A stretch of 58,620 bases of DNA, filler included, from Dugesia japonica (lineage: Eukaryota): assembly GCA_001938525.1 (NCBI GenBank). It is 5 parts of 5 records of this genome, joined end to end, with 100 filler letters (N's around TTAATTAATTAA, not from the genome) between each part and the next. Parts side by side here need not be neighbours in the genome. Positions count along the whole stretch, not along the records: positions 1 to 14,639 come from MQRL01610105.1; positions 14,740 to 23,848 come from MQRL01639755.1; 3 more parts are not named here. One strand, 5' to 3'. Below the pieces are notes generated by a model, which was not told where the DNA came from, ran no database searches, and worked only from the letters and a program-made list of their open reading frames with translations. Of the stretch, positions 10,595 through 22,580 are shown one piece after another. The position numbers and the translations under genes are program-made. Every line of letters starts with the position of its first letter. Positions within the stretch are counted from its first letter, which is position 1.

Positions 10595-12102
10595 ATGAAC
10601 AAAATTGGTATTGTAATGTTTGTAATTCTTCTACTTTACTTAAACATAAAGCTAGACATGAAAAAAGCAGATAAACATATTAAAAATCTTAATTCTCCTG
10701 TTGAAAAAATAATTATAAACCAATCAAATACATCATCTACGATGACTAATCGTAAACTAAAACAATTAGATAAACCCATAATTAATAAATTTCCTTGGGA
10801 GAAAACTGGTGGAGATATTCAATCTTCTAAAGTTACTTCATTATTATTAAAACCGTTTACATTTGAAAAATATCCTGGTGAAAGACATTTATTTAGGCAT
10901 AATTATTCAGGAACAAATACAAGATTAGATATTAGATTAGATGAAAATAATAGTCATCTACCAGGAGAAGAACCAATAAATAAAGTTCATTCTGCAACAA
11001 GTAAACACGATATTGCATATAAATCAAAAGATTTAAGAGATAGACATATTGCTGATGTAAATTTAATTCATGATTTAAATAATATTGAAAATTCTTCATT
11101 TAAAAAAAAGATTCAAAAAGCTTTAGTTAAATTAGCTGTGAAAGATAAAATATTAGTTGGAGGAGGATTAAATAGGTCTGCGGTGTCACAACACCTAAAC
11201 TCTAGAGTTGCTAAAAATATAGCTAATCAAAAGATTATTGAACAGGCAATGCAAGAACGTATAGACAAAGATGATAATACTACTAAAATTATTGAACCTC
11301 AAGATGATCAAATAAATTATGCAGCCGAATTACATCATGAATATAGAAAAACAAAAAGATTTTTAAAAGTACAAATACATAATAAAGATCACACATGGCG
11401 ATGCGATATTGCAGATATGGTTGAAAAATCTAATGATCAGGAAAAGTATAGATATATTCTAGTTTGTAAAGATTTAAATACAAGATATGCTTTTTGCGTT
11501 CCAATGATAAGAATCTTTAAGAGAAGCTTATGAAAATATATTTGAAGAAAATAATAGAATACCATATTATATTTGGTTTGATAAAGAATCGGCAATAAAA
11601 CCAAAATAAATTTCTCAATGAGAATAATATTCAATTATATCACACAGAAAATGAAGGCAAATCAGATTTTGCTGAAAGATTAAAAAAAACTTTGAAAAAT
11701 AAAATGTTTAAATAATTTACATCAATTGGGAAACATGAATGGAATAAAGCATTATTAGATAAAATAGTTAATGAATATAATAATGCAATTCATTCAAGTA
11801 TTAAGTTATCGCCAAAAGAAGCATCAGAAAATCCTGAGAAAATAAAAGATATAATTAATCTACATAATCACGAGAACTATAATATAATGAAAAAACAAAA
11901 GTTTCAAATAAGTAATAGAGTAAGAATATTCAAATATAAAAATAAATTTGAAAAAGGATATACAACAAAATTTACTAATGATATTTTTATAATAACTAAA
12001 ATTTATCATACTAAACCAATTATATACGGAATAACTGATTTAAATAATGAAGATATATTAGGAAGGTTTTATGATAATGAATTAATAAAAACTAATTTTT
12101 AG
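10595..12102 (+). pseudogene. Parvovirus-VP1-type phospholipase A2 domain fused to a Polinton rve integrase
   Basis: One ORF carries HNYSGTNTRLDIRL...EPINKVHSATSKHDIAY...RHIAD and then AAELHHEYRK...HTWRCDIADM...YRYILVCKDLNTRYAF. After frameshifts come YHTENEGKSDFAERL, YNNAIHSSIKLSP and the C-terminal RVRI..YKNKFEKGYT..GRFYDNEL. Confidence 0.88.
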
Positions 12103-12110
12103 GTGAATTA

Positions 12111-12896
12111 CTAAAATAAATCTTCAATAATTTCTTCTTTTTCCCGGTCTAAATAAATATAATTATATTTATCTTTCCAATGATTTATAATAAAATTATC
12201 AAATGTCATTTTATCTGGTTCTATATTACTAATTAAATCATGATAAACCATATCTTTATCTTTTTTATTTAATTTGAAAAATATAAAACAATTAGAATTA
12301 TTTCTAATTGAATTTTTATCTAAAGCGCAATAAGTTTGAGAGATATAAATAACATAACAATTATTATGTCTCCCTCTACCAAAATATGATTTCTGAATAT
12401 CTTGATTTTTCATATTCACCATATCGTCAAATATAACTAAATTCTTTTTTATTTTTAGGAAGATTATCACAATAAATAATATCTTCTGGTTTATTAGAAA
12501 ATGTAACATCAACTTTATTTTCCTCATCTATATATTCATTTTTATTTGTTATATCAGAATTAATAATATTTTTTTATACCATTCAACAATACTATACGCA
12601 GTTTTAACTTCATCTGGTATTCTATCTTGATTATTAAATATATTTAAAATAGCTTTCTGAGTTAAGTTATTCTCTAAATCTTCTTTTAATATTTGTAATT
12701 CAACTTGATTTATAGTTGTAGAATAAAATATTAAATTGTTATAATCCATAAAATTATCAGCTAATAACATCTTCATTAATAATACATTCTTCCCACAACC
12801 AGAAAATCCTATGATTAATAATCTAAAATTATTCGGTAAAATTTTATTATTAAATAATGTTTTATTTTTATTTCATATCGGTAAATCTGCAGCCAT
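12111..12896 (-). pseudogene. A32/FtsK-HerA-type DNA packaging ATPase
   Basis: Walker A RLLIIGFSGCGK, Walker B LVIFDD, and GRHNNCYVIYISQ and IRNN motifs. It has a premature stop and frameshifts. Confidence 0.9.
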
Positions 12897-12915
12897 TTTA
12901 TAATTTTTAAAAATA

Positions 12916-13478
12916 ATGACTAATATAACTGAAACTGAATTAAAAGAATTAATAGATTCTAATAAATCTAAATCTGTTTTAATAAATAATGAAAAATATT
13001 GGATTGGTAAGAAAATTAAAGAAACAGTTAAAAATGAGGAAACTAAAGAAGGGGGAATATTACCGCTTTTAGCTTTGATTCCTTTTTTGCAAAAGCCGCA
13101 GTTGTTGTAGGCGGATTAGAAGCAGTAGCGGGAGGAGTAGCAACAGCTGTTGCAAAAGCTAGAGAAGCTTCAAAATTAGGTGTCGAAAGACAAAAGGTTG
13201 AAGAAGAATTAAAGCAATTAAAAGAAGCAGGAAATGAAACTGTTCAACCATTTAAAGGAAAAAGGATTGTTGAAAGTTATAAAGGTAACGGAATTTATTT
13301 AAATCTTTATCAAGGAAAAGGTGTATATGATTTTATAAAGAACTTAATTAATCAATCAAACTTGCCTGATTCAGTAAAATCAGTAATAAATGAAACAGGT
13401 AAAAAATTAAAATTAGGTGGCATTGTTAAAATAAAAGAATCAAAACATGGTTTAGGAATATAAATGAGACCGTATTAA
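12916..13478 (+). pseudogene. Adenovirus pX-like core/membrane-active virion protein
   Basis: EGGILPLLALIP is followed, after a frameshift, by AAVVVGGLEAVAGGVATAVAKA. The C-terminus has GNGIYL, GKGVY and GLGI*MRPY repeats. Confidence 0.6.
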
Positions 13479-13565
13479 GTTAATATATATTTAAAAATGT
13501 ATGAAGATAGAATTACATTATTAAAACAATTAATCAAAAAACAAGATAAATATAATAATAAAGAA

Positions 13566-13605
13566 AGTAGGTAAATAGTAGCACACGGGCACAATTTCTA
13601 AATAC
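13566..13605 (+). mobile_element. AGTAG-type element end of the same subfamily as 7813
   Basis: Reads AGTAG GTAA ATAGTAGCACACGGGCACAATTTCTAAAT. It cuts off an ORF that starts at 13497. Confidence 0.6.
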
Positions 13606-14639
13606 CCCCTCCCTCAAAATCAATCAATTGATCTAGCCCGACATGCTCAAAGGATTGACTAGTAGTAAGCCGACTGTAAATAACACCGACCTGAAAAGGT
13701 TTCAAGAATTTACAGAGGAATTCGGCCAGGAAGGCATGTAAAAATTACATAAAAATAAATGAATGATCATTTTATTTGTTAAACATAATATTTTGTCACT
13801 GTGATTTTGTGATCCCGATCTTGTTCTATTTGGGTCGATATTGAAAGAGATCAGTCCTGTCCACTGATATCCAATATGTATTCAGCCTTTCGATATATTC
13901 AGATTGTTATTAGTAGAGTACAAGTTTAGCAATTACAATTATCACTGGAACAGTTGCTGGAACAGTTGCTGGAACTGACAACTTATTCATTTTCAATAAA
14001 AGTAAAAAGCGTAGATCAAAACGATTTTCTATAGTTTCTTGTTAGTTATCCAAATTTGCGGCAGTAGAGTTATCTAGGGTTTATCAAAGCCCTTTAATTA
14101 GAAATATTGTTTTGTTTTATGTTAATCGTTTTGGTCTGGGTTTCATAATCAAGACCCAGAACTCCGTTATTGATAATTCTCTTAGATTTTCTGCCTCCTA
14201 CTCCATATCAATTTTTGCTAATTTACTCGATCTATTTCTTCAACCACAATGTTTTCCTTTATCTTTCCGCTTATGAATTGAACTCAATCCATGATGAGTG
14301 TCCAGACTCTTGTATTGTTCTTCTCATATTGCTCTATTCATAAAAAGTTTCCATTAATACTGCACTTTTTTCTATTTTTCTTGTGATTTATCCTGTTTAA
14401 TGCTGGTGGTGAAGTTATTCAGTCTAGACTTCATATCGGCANTCAACATTATTCACAATAAATTCTACTTCACTTATCTAAAATGTATTAAAGATAATGT
14501 TTGGTCTTGATAATAGAAGACAGTCTTGCTACTTTAAACTCCATCTCGTCATTCACTTTATCCTTTACAAGAATTTCAATTCAAAACTTTATTAAAACAA
14601 ATAATTTTTCTTTTAAAATTCTTTTTGCTTTCTGAACGT

Positions 14640-14739
14640 NNNNNNNNNNNNNNNNNNNNNNNNNNNNNNNNNNNNNNNNNNNNTTAATTAATTAANNNNN
14701 NNNNNNNNNNNNNNNNNNNNNNNNNNNNNNNNNNNNNNN
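14640..14739. other. Artificial scaffold linker
   Basis: 44 N + TTAATTAATTAA (stop codons in all frames) + 44 N = 100 bp. Confidence 0.97.
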
Positions 14740-14774
14740 ACATGTGATTCAATGAAACCAATGTGTTTAAGTAA

Positions 14775-14935
14775 CACTAATGGGATAGAGTAAATCGATG
14801 TAACACAGTAAATGCCATGTGTTACAGTATATACAATGTGTTTGAATAAAGTCAATGAATAGAGTAAATTAGTGTAACACGCTAAGACCCCTTTGTTCCA
14901 ATAAAACCAATGGATAGAGTAAATTAGTGTACATA
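14775..14935. repeat. Three degenerate direct repeats of ATAGAGTAAATTAGTGTAAC
   Basis: Copies lie at about 14786, 14859 and 14914. Confidence 0.7.
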
Positions 14936-15049
14936 ACTGGTAGTATTTTGTTATTTTTATTGATGTAAAGTTTTGTTATTTTATTACTAAAATTTATTTT
15001 ATAAGGTAAATAGTATATGGGATCAAACGATAAAAAACCAACACAGAAC

Positions 15050-15575
15050 AAAACATCAAGACGGAAAAATAGACGAAATACCATAAACACAGTCAGAGAT
15101 GAATCACCTAACAGAGAAATATATGAAAACGAATACGATGGTGACGACAGATTAGAAAGAGAATAAGACGAAAACCGACACCCAAATGGGAGTTCTCTGT
15201 CCGAAAACGAGATGATAGAAGACTTATACTAAACACAATGGAAAGTGCTACTCGCAACAGAGGCCGCGCGGTGAATACCGAAAGCCACAATTTAAGGGAC
15301 GATAGAAGTAAAAAGAGAAACAGCAAAGATAAAAATCGGGAAGTAAAAATAATGACAGTTAAAGAATGGAAAGGAAAACAGATATCATATGATAAAATGG
15401 AAGGTAGACCCAGTATCGAGATCGAAATTCAAGATAAGCCACTAGATTCTCTGTTGGACACAGATGCAAAAATTAACGTGATGAGCGATAGAGTTCTTAA
15501 GGAACTGAGCAAAATAGTAAGACATAAAGCAGATGTAAAATGACGATGTGCTAACAACACGATACTGGAAACAAA
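15050..15575 (+). pseudogene. Gypsy gag end and aspartic protease fragment
   Basis: GRPSIEIEIQDKPLDSLLDTDAKINVMS is the protease signature. The same family appears at 40800-40900 on the minus strand. Confidence 0.8.
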
Positions 15576-16268
15576 CTAAAAAAGAAATACACTCCACTGG
15601 GTTTTGAATAAATTATTTGAAAATTTTCAAAGGTATAATAAAAAAATACAATTTTATAATTTTTTTGAACTTTTATGAATAGTATTGAACACCACGCACA
15701 AGCATACATACACCACTGGGGTACTCATATAATTGTAAATTAATTAATTTTTTAAATTGCAATTAATTTTTTAAATTGTTACATATATCAAATAAATACA
15801 TTATTTGCCATCATATTTCTGATTTATTTTAGCGATTAAGAGTAAACAAATAGTCGATGAATTAACAAATAAATATTATTTGCAAAATTATTGGTTTAAT
15901 TTTGTTTGCTTAGCTAATCGACAAAATGGAAATAGGTTTGTAATTGTTATTAATTTTTAGTTAATTGAAACTGAGCAATTCGACATTTAATCTCATCATG
16001 TATAACTCAATATTTATAATGATTTTAATATTTGAAGCAAATTAACAAGTATGTATTTGTATTTATGCTAATAACAACCAAATTTTATAAATTGAGTTAA
16101 ATGGATAATCAAAACATTTGGTCATGCTATTGAAAATATGTACTTTTTTTATATTTTGCATAAATTAAATTAATTGATGCAGTTAAACAAAGTGAAGTAG
16201 TATTAAGCAATGTATTAAAATATAGATTTATATAAAATGAAGTTGAGAAATGATGATGTTTATAAAAT

Positions 16269-17710
16269 TGATTTTCGACAATTTTTAGTTGTTTTATGGA
16301 GATTTATGTGATTTATTAGTATTTTCGGTAATTTTAAGGGTATTGTGGGTCTTCATGAAATTTAAGGACTTTTAGAGATTTCATGAAATTTTTAGGGGTT
16401 CATGGGGTTTCATAAAATGTAAAGATTCATGAATATTTCATGAATTTTTATGAATTTCAGGGGATTTATTTTGGTTTATAAGAGATTTCTAAAGGTTTTA
16501 TAATGTTATTTTATGTGATGTTATAATATGTTCAAAATTAATTTATTGGGACTTTAAACTGGTTTTAAGGATTTTACCGAATATTTAATGAATATTTAAT
16601 GCTTTTCTGGTGTTTCAGTGAAATTTAAGGATTCAGAAATTTCAGCGCTTAAATCTGTTTTTATATTTTTCACGATTCTTTTAGAATTCTTGGTGATTTC
16701 AATAGTTTATGGGATTTATTGTGGTTTATAAGAGTTTTATAATGGTATTTTATAAACGTTTCATATGAGGTTATAATTGGTTTAACATTGTTTTATAGGG
16801 TTTCACACGGGTTTAAATGACTACATTTATTATTTTAATTATTATTTTAATTTACAAGTGTAATATTATTATAATTATTATTAAACATTTAAAGAAGGAT
16901 ATTTATAGAAAACCATTAAAAAATAATAGAAAATTACGTAAAAGTACTATAAAACCACGAAAAAAACATTAAAACATCATATAGAATACCGTTAAAAAAT
17001 CTTTATAAATACCCCCAAAAACACCTAAAAATTCATGAAAACAACCATAAATCCCTGAAATTCTTGAAAACTGCTCTAAAGCCATTAAAATTCTCGAAAG
17101 CCACCGTAAACCTCTTATAATTCATAAAAACACCATAAGTCATTAAAAAATTCATGAAATATCCATTAATCTTTACATTTTATGAAACCCTATAAACCTC
17201 CTGTAATTAATGAAAACACTATCAATCCTTTAAAATTTCCAAATAAGTTTCTGCAAATCCCATAAATTTCATGAAATCTCCATGAATCCTTACATTTTAT
17301 GAAACCATCAAAACCCCTTAAAAATTCATAAAAACTCCAAACCTTCATAAAAATAACCAAAAAATACCAATAAATCTCAAAGAAATCCATGAAACTACCA
17401 CAAATCCTTGAACATCCCGAAAAATATCAACAAATCTCATAAAATTCATGAAATCTTTGAGAATCTTTAAATTTCATGAATTTTTCGATAAATCTGAAAA
17501 TATCTGAAAACCACATAAACCCCTTAAAATTCACAATAAATTTCAATAAATTCCATACATTTCAAGAAATCTCTATGAATCCTTAAATTTCATGATGACA
17601 CACACTACCTTTAAAATTTAGGAAAGACCTCACAATTTCCTTAAAATTACCGAAAAATACCAATAAACCACATAAATCCCCATAAAACAACTAAAAATTG
17701 TCGAAAATCA
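16269..17710. mobile_element. Foldback-like element with long inverted arms made of short degenerate repeats
   Basis: The left end TGATTTTCGACAATTTTTAGTTGTTTTATGG is mirrored by CCATAAAACAACTAAAAATTGTCGAAAATCA on the right. The left arm is GT-rich, the right arm AC-rich and the centre AT-rich. TTTCATGAAA recurs throughout. Confidence 0.8.
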
Positions 17711-17729
17711 CATATATCCATTAAAATTC

Positions 17730-20170
17730 ACAAAATACCCATTTCGGAGAATGGAGACAAAAGATTGAGATAGTTACAAAAAGAACAGAACCACAGTGCT
17801 GGACATGCTAGAGTTATGGGCATAAAAAAGAGATTGTCCAAAAAATTCTCATGTGGAAAGTTGAACTTGTCACAAAAAAGGGCATTTAAGTAGATATTGT
17901 CCAGACATGAAACCACCAAAAAGCTTTGGGTGTGGAAAGATTGGCCATATCAGAAGGATGTGCACAGAAAGTATATTTGGAGATGTAAAAGATCAGGTCA
18001 CAGAGCAGAAGAATATTATTCGAACATTAGTAAACCTAGACTAGAAGAGAGAAGATACAATTTTAAAAGCGGAAACAATTAAAAGATTGGAGTTATACCA
18101 AACCAATTCATGCCATTTAAGAAGAATTTGATGACGAGAATGAAGAGAGATTATCTGAGAGCATAATAAAAAATGAAGATCCAAGAAGAGAATACTCAAA
18201 TGACAGGGCTTCATTAGTAGAGGAGTTAGTTGGAGCAATTCATTAAACGAGTTAAAGTTTGAATATCCGCAAGAGGCCGAGAAACAATGTTAGAGAAAAG
18301 CGAGGAAAGATTGCATTACGCAAATAACAGCTCATTGGAAACGATTGGAAAGATACGTGTTGAAGTTGTAGTTTCAGAGGTGTGCAAGGAAGTAACATTT
18401 ATAATAGTAGAGAAATTAATACCAGATCTAATTGATGGAGTGGATTTTGAGGATAAGTTTGAGTAAACATCAATAATCATCGAGAAAAATTGGTTTGCAA
18501 CATGTATGCAAAAGTTGGAAGACAAATACAGACGGGTGAACGATTGAGAGATGCAATGTCGATTCTAGAAATTAACAAAGATCATAGATTGACTACAATT
18601 ATTCAGAATAATGAGGATGTCTTTTTGACGGATAAATGGAACATTGGATGTACACACTTAACGAAGCATTGAATAATCACTAAAGAAGGTCCAATCAACA
18701 TAAAACCGTATCGCCAATCAATAAATTTAGAGGAAAAGATTGAAGAGACCATCAAAAATCTATATGATAATGGTATCATCCGAAAGTGTATTTCTCAATG
18801 GAATACGCCATTAATCTATGTTTAGAAAAAGGAAAAAAAGATATACGATTATGCTTAGACTTTAGACAGTTCAATGCAATAACAGAAAGACAAGCGTTCC
18901 CTATTTCAAATGAAATGATAGATGGTTTAGAGGATACGGAGTATCTTAGCTCAATAGACTTGGGAAATACATACTACCAAGTGAAACTCAGTGAAGATTC
19001 TCAAGAAAAGACGGCTTTTTCGACTAAACAAGAGCAATTTTGTTTCAATAGAATGCCTTTTAAAATTGCAGCAGCACCAGGTACCTTCCAGGAAACGATG
19101 AATAAAGTAATCGAACAAATAAAAGGAGCGATGGTTTATCTAGATGATATTCTCATATTAACTGAAACAAAGAAGCAACACTATGAAATAATAAATAAAT
19201 TATTAACAGAAATTAAGAAGGCTGGTCTAAGAGTTAATCCGGAGAAATGTCAATTCATGCGAAAGGAGATAAAATATTTGGGACAGGTTATCAGTAAAGA
19301 AAGTGTCAAAACACATCCAACTAAAATATAAGCAATTTAGAACTTTGGTAAACCAAAATGCGTTAAGAAAATGAAAAGCTTTTTAAGAATTTGCAATTAC
19401 TATCGAAAGGTTATTGAAAAATTATTCAAAGAAAGCTAGATCGCTGGAACAGCTGTGTAAGTGGGCCAAATAACAAGAAAATTGAATGAGCGAATGAATT
19501 AGAAGAAGTTTTCAATAGAATGGAAGAAGCACTAATGATGTCTCCAATATTATGTTTTCCAGATATAAATAGAGGATTTATTTTAGACACGGATGCGAGT
19601 TTCGAATATAGCAAAGTGACAAGAATGGGCAAGAAAGAGTAATTGCATATGGGTCACACGCAAAGACGAGTCATGAGAAAGGATAGTGTACTACGCGAAA
19701 AGAATTGCTCGCAATTTACTATTTTTGTATTAATTTCAAACATTACTTATTTGGGAATAGATTTCTCCTCAGAACAGACCATAAAGCCATCACCTTTATG
19801 CTAAATACCAAGAAGCCGATTAAATCAGTTTCAAACCTGGATTAATTATTTGAGCAGTTGAGATATAAAATTGGAATATAGAAAAGGATCGCTTTATACA
19901 AATGCGGATATGCTGTCAAGGAATGAATGATGTACATGTGCAAAAGGTCTAATGTCACATGCAGATCCCAAATGTAGAAAATTAAAAACAATGATGTTAA
20001 ATACAGTAGATATTCAAGGAAAACAAGTCAATTTTGATGATAATGATGAAGGAACATGGATACCTGATGATAAAGTAGAAGAGGTTATAATGAGGATACA
20101 TCATCTTTTGTGTCATACTGGAGCACAAAAAGTAGCAGCGTATATGAAGCATAAATATAAGAAAAAATAA
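17730..20170 (+). mobile_element. Decayed Ty3/Gypsy LTR retrotransposon (gag knuckles, RT, RNase H, start of integrase)
   Basis: Motifs include CGKIGHIRRMC, WRCKRSGH, RLCLDFRQFN, MPFKIAAAPGTFQ, VYLDD, LDTDAS, RTDHKA and IHHLLCHTG. There are many stops and frameshifts. Confidence 0.95.
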
Positions 20171-20539
20171 TTTTATAATAACTCCGTAATAATTATAATA
20201 ATAATATTTATATAATAATAATGATAATAATAATTATATTTTCCAGTCCAGTACCTCAGAAATTATACTCTAATCATTTGTTTCGGCCGATTTATTACGT
20301 TATTATTTCTCCTCTATAACTTCAGAAATTTTCACTATTTTAATTCTTCCTTTTCTATAATTTTTTCACATTAAATGGTTTAGAATCTCTCTGGGCTGTG
20401 GTGTTCTAGCCCAACAAAATTATTTTTTTAAATTAGATTTTCTAATTTTTTAAAATAGTTTTATTGTTTTGTATTTTTAACTCATATTATTTTTATCTTT
20501 TTGACTGAAAAGTTTTTCACATTACTTATAGAATTATTA

Positions 20540-21240
20540 AATCAATTTCATTCACATTTGGATTTCGATGAATAATTTGTTCCATAAATTATATTATTTG
20601 TTTTAATCACAGTATCAAATTCATCGATAGTTATTTTATTAAAATTTGATACTCTTATGTCTTTTATCTATTTTACATTTATTCGATTCATCATTTTTCG
20701 CATAGCTCGACTCCCTAGAGCGGGATTTTCAATATAATTATAAACATATGATTTTGCTTTTATAAACTCAGTTTATTATTTCACTATTTGGTTTTTCATC
20801 TTTCATTTCAAACAAATTGTTCCCTAATAATGTCTTAACATTATTTAAATTTTCTTCACCAATAATTTCCACAAATATCGAATCAGGGTCTGAATAATGA
20901 ATTTTATATTTATTTAGAATTGCTACATCTAATTTATTATGTATAAAATCCTATATAATATTTTATTATACGTAAAATCATATATAATAACATATTATAT
21001 ATAAAACATGTATTTTGTTGGTTTCTTTCTGAAAATGTTTTTCATTTGTTACAATTACAACAATCACTCTTTTTCTTATATCTTCTAGTGTTTTTCCATA
21101 AAATGCATTGTTCAACAATTTGAAAAAATAATCTCCAAATGGATCTTTATTTCTTTTTGAATTGTTTCTCTGTTAAATATTAAACAAAATATATTCTTTT
21201 AACCATGATGATACAATTATTTTATATTGTCCATGCATCT
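20540..21240 (-). pseudogene. Polinton protein-primed DNA polymerase B, C-terminal remnant
   Basis: Manual translation gives SSWLKEYILFN...FFKLLNNAFYGK (motif B, ~21090-21210), then IHYSDPDSIFV (motif C, YxDTDS variant, ~20880), then MKDE...EFIKAKSY. It is absent from the ORF track because of stops and frameshifts. Confidence 0.85.
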
Positions 21241-21305
21241 TTTTTTTATTTTTATTTCATGTTTTAAATAAAGATCTAATAAACTTCCTAATACTACATA
21301 TTCTT

Positions 21306-21345
21306 AGTAGAGGGATAGTAGCAGTAAAGAACAGCACACATTTTT
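21306..21345 (+). mobile_element. AGTAG-type element end truncating the pPolB gene
   Basis: Reads AGTAG AGGG ATAGTAGC AGTAAAGAACAGCAC. I could not identify the other end. Confidence 0.5.
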
Positions 21346-22319
21346 TTGGGAAATTTTTTATAGGAATCCGGGCAAACCGTTCATGTTGTTTAAATAATAA
21401 GAAAATTTAAAAATTTTTATATCAATTTTTTTATGGGAATCCAGAGCATCAAAAATTTAAAAAATAATTTTTTCAATTTTTACAACATATAGTTATTTTT
21501 AGATATATCGACTCAGAATTTTACGGCGATCATTTTTGGTTTTCCCAGTATTTTGCACAAGATTTTTTCGAAAATATAATTTCTTCCCAGAATAGGTCCA
21601 GAAACTGTCTATTCGATAGAAAATTTTTTGCTGATTCTAAACATGTTCACCTAAAATCGCCAAAGCTAATACTTGATTAAATAAATGAAGTTTTGTGGTG
21701 AAAAAATCTCAAAAATCAGAGTTTAGTACTCGGAGCTCTGTGCACTGAGAACTACTATAGACTCAAATTTAGTATTACTTTACTCAATAGAAAAACGTGA
21801 CTGTACAAAATTAAAATATCGTCTCGGGAAAAATGTTTCCTAACGAATATGTACAGCCGCATTCCCCAAATTCGGTGACATTTTTCGAAAATATCAAAAG
21901 TACCTCAAAATTTATTGAAATTTATACTATTCGATAGGAAAATTTACGGTGAGTACGAATAACACGGTTAAAAATCAACAAACTTTATACATAAAGTTAT
22001 ATAGAAAAAACAAGTACTTTATTTGAGGATCCCTAGTGTCATTAAAAATAATAAAAACATACTATAAAAACTTAATAATAAGATAAAATCATTTTTTCAA
22101 AGTAAAAGATTTATTTAATAAAAATCTGATCAAGCTGTCTATTGTTTGATTATTGAACTGTTTGAAAATACTGAAAAAATTAATTAATTAATTAATTTAT
22201 ATTTAATAAATAAAATCTCTGGAATGGTGAACATGTTTATTTTGTGAAGATTCAGTCTATTATATACTCGGTTTCGATAATTTTGGTCAATTATTTACTT
22301 GGTTTAGGTAATACTGATC

Positions 22320-22580
22320 AATTATTTCCCCCTATTTTATCCTGTTTACCCTTATTTACCACTATTTTCCTTTATTAACCATATTTTTTATTATTTATCC
22401 CTATATATTCCCTATTTTTACCCCTTATTTACCCCTATTTTGCTTTATTAACCATATTTCAACGCTATCAATCTTGATTTGTCCTGTTTTGTCCTACTAA
22501 CCATATTTTACCCGATTTTGCCCAATTTTTCCATATTCTGCTCAATTTCCTCAAATTTTGTCGGATTTTCCTATATTTTC
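22320..22580. repeat. Degenerate ~10-bp tandem repeat (CCCTATTTTA-like)
   Basis: Periodic CCC/CCA-TATTTT units; a similar tract lies at 23040-23170. Confidence 0.75.

Larger units (their letters stand above)
8752..13565. mobile_element. Decayed Polinton/Maverick (adintovirus-like) element, virion + integrase module
   Basis: Capsid, PLA2-integrase, packaging ATPase and pX-like genes are tightly packed and intronless. The block is truncated at 13566 by another AGTAG end. Confidence 0.88.

Noticed and set aside
4881-13478. Stop-codon reassignment suggested by in-frame TGA/TAA in the kinase, capsid and ATPase
   Set aside because: The stops are of mixed types and occur together with frameshifts. 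The 659-aa ORF and spliced host genes read normally in the standard code. This is pseudogene decay.
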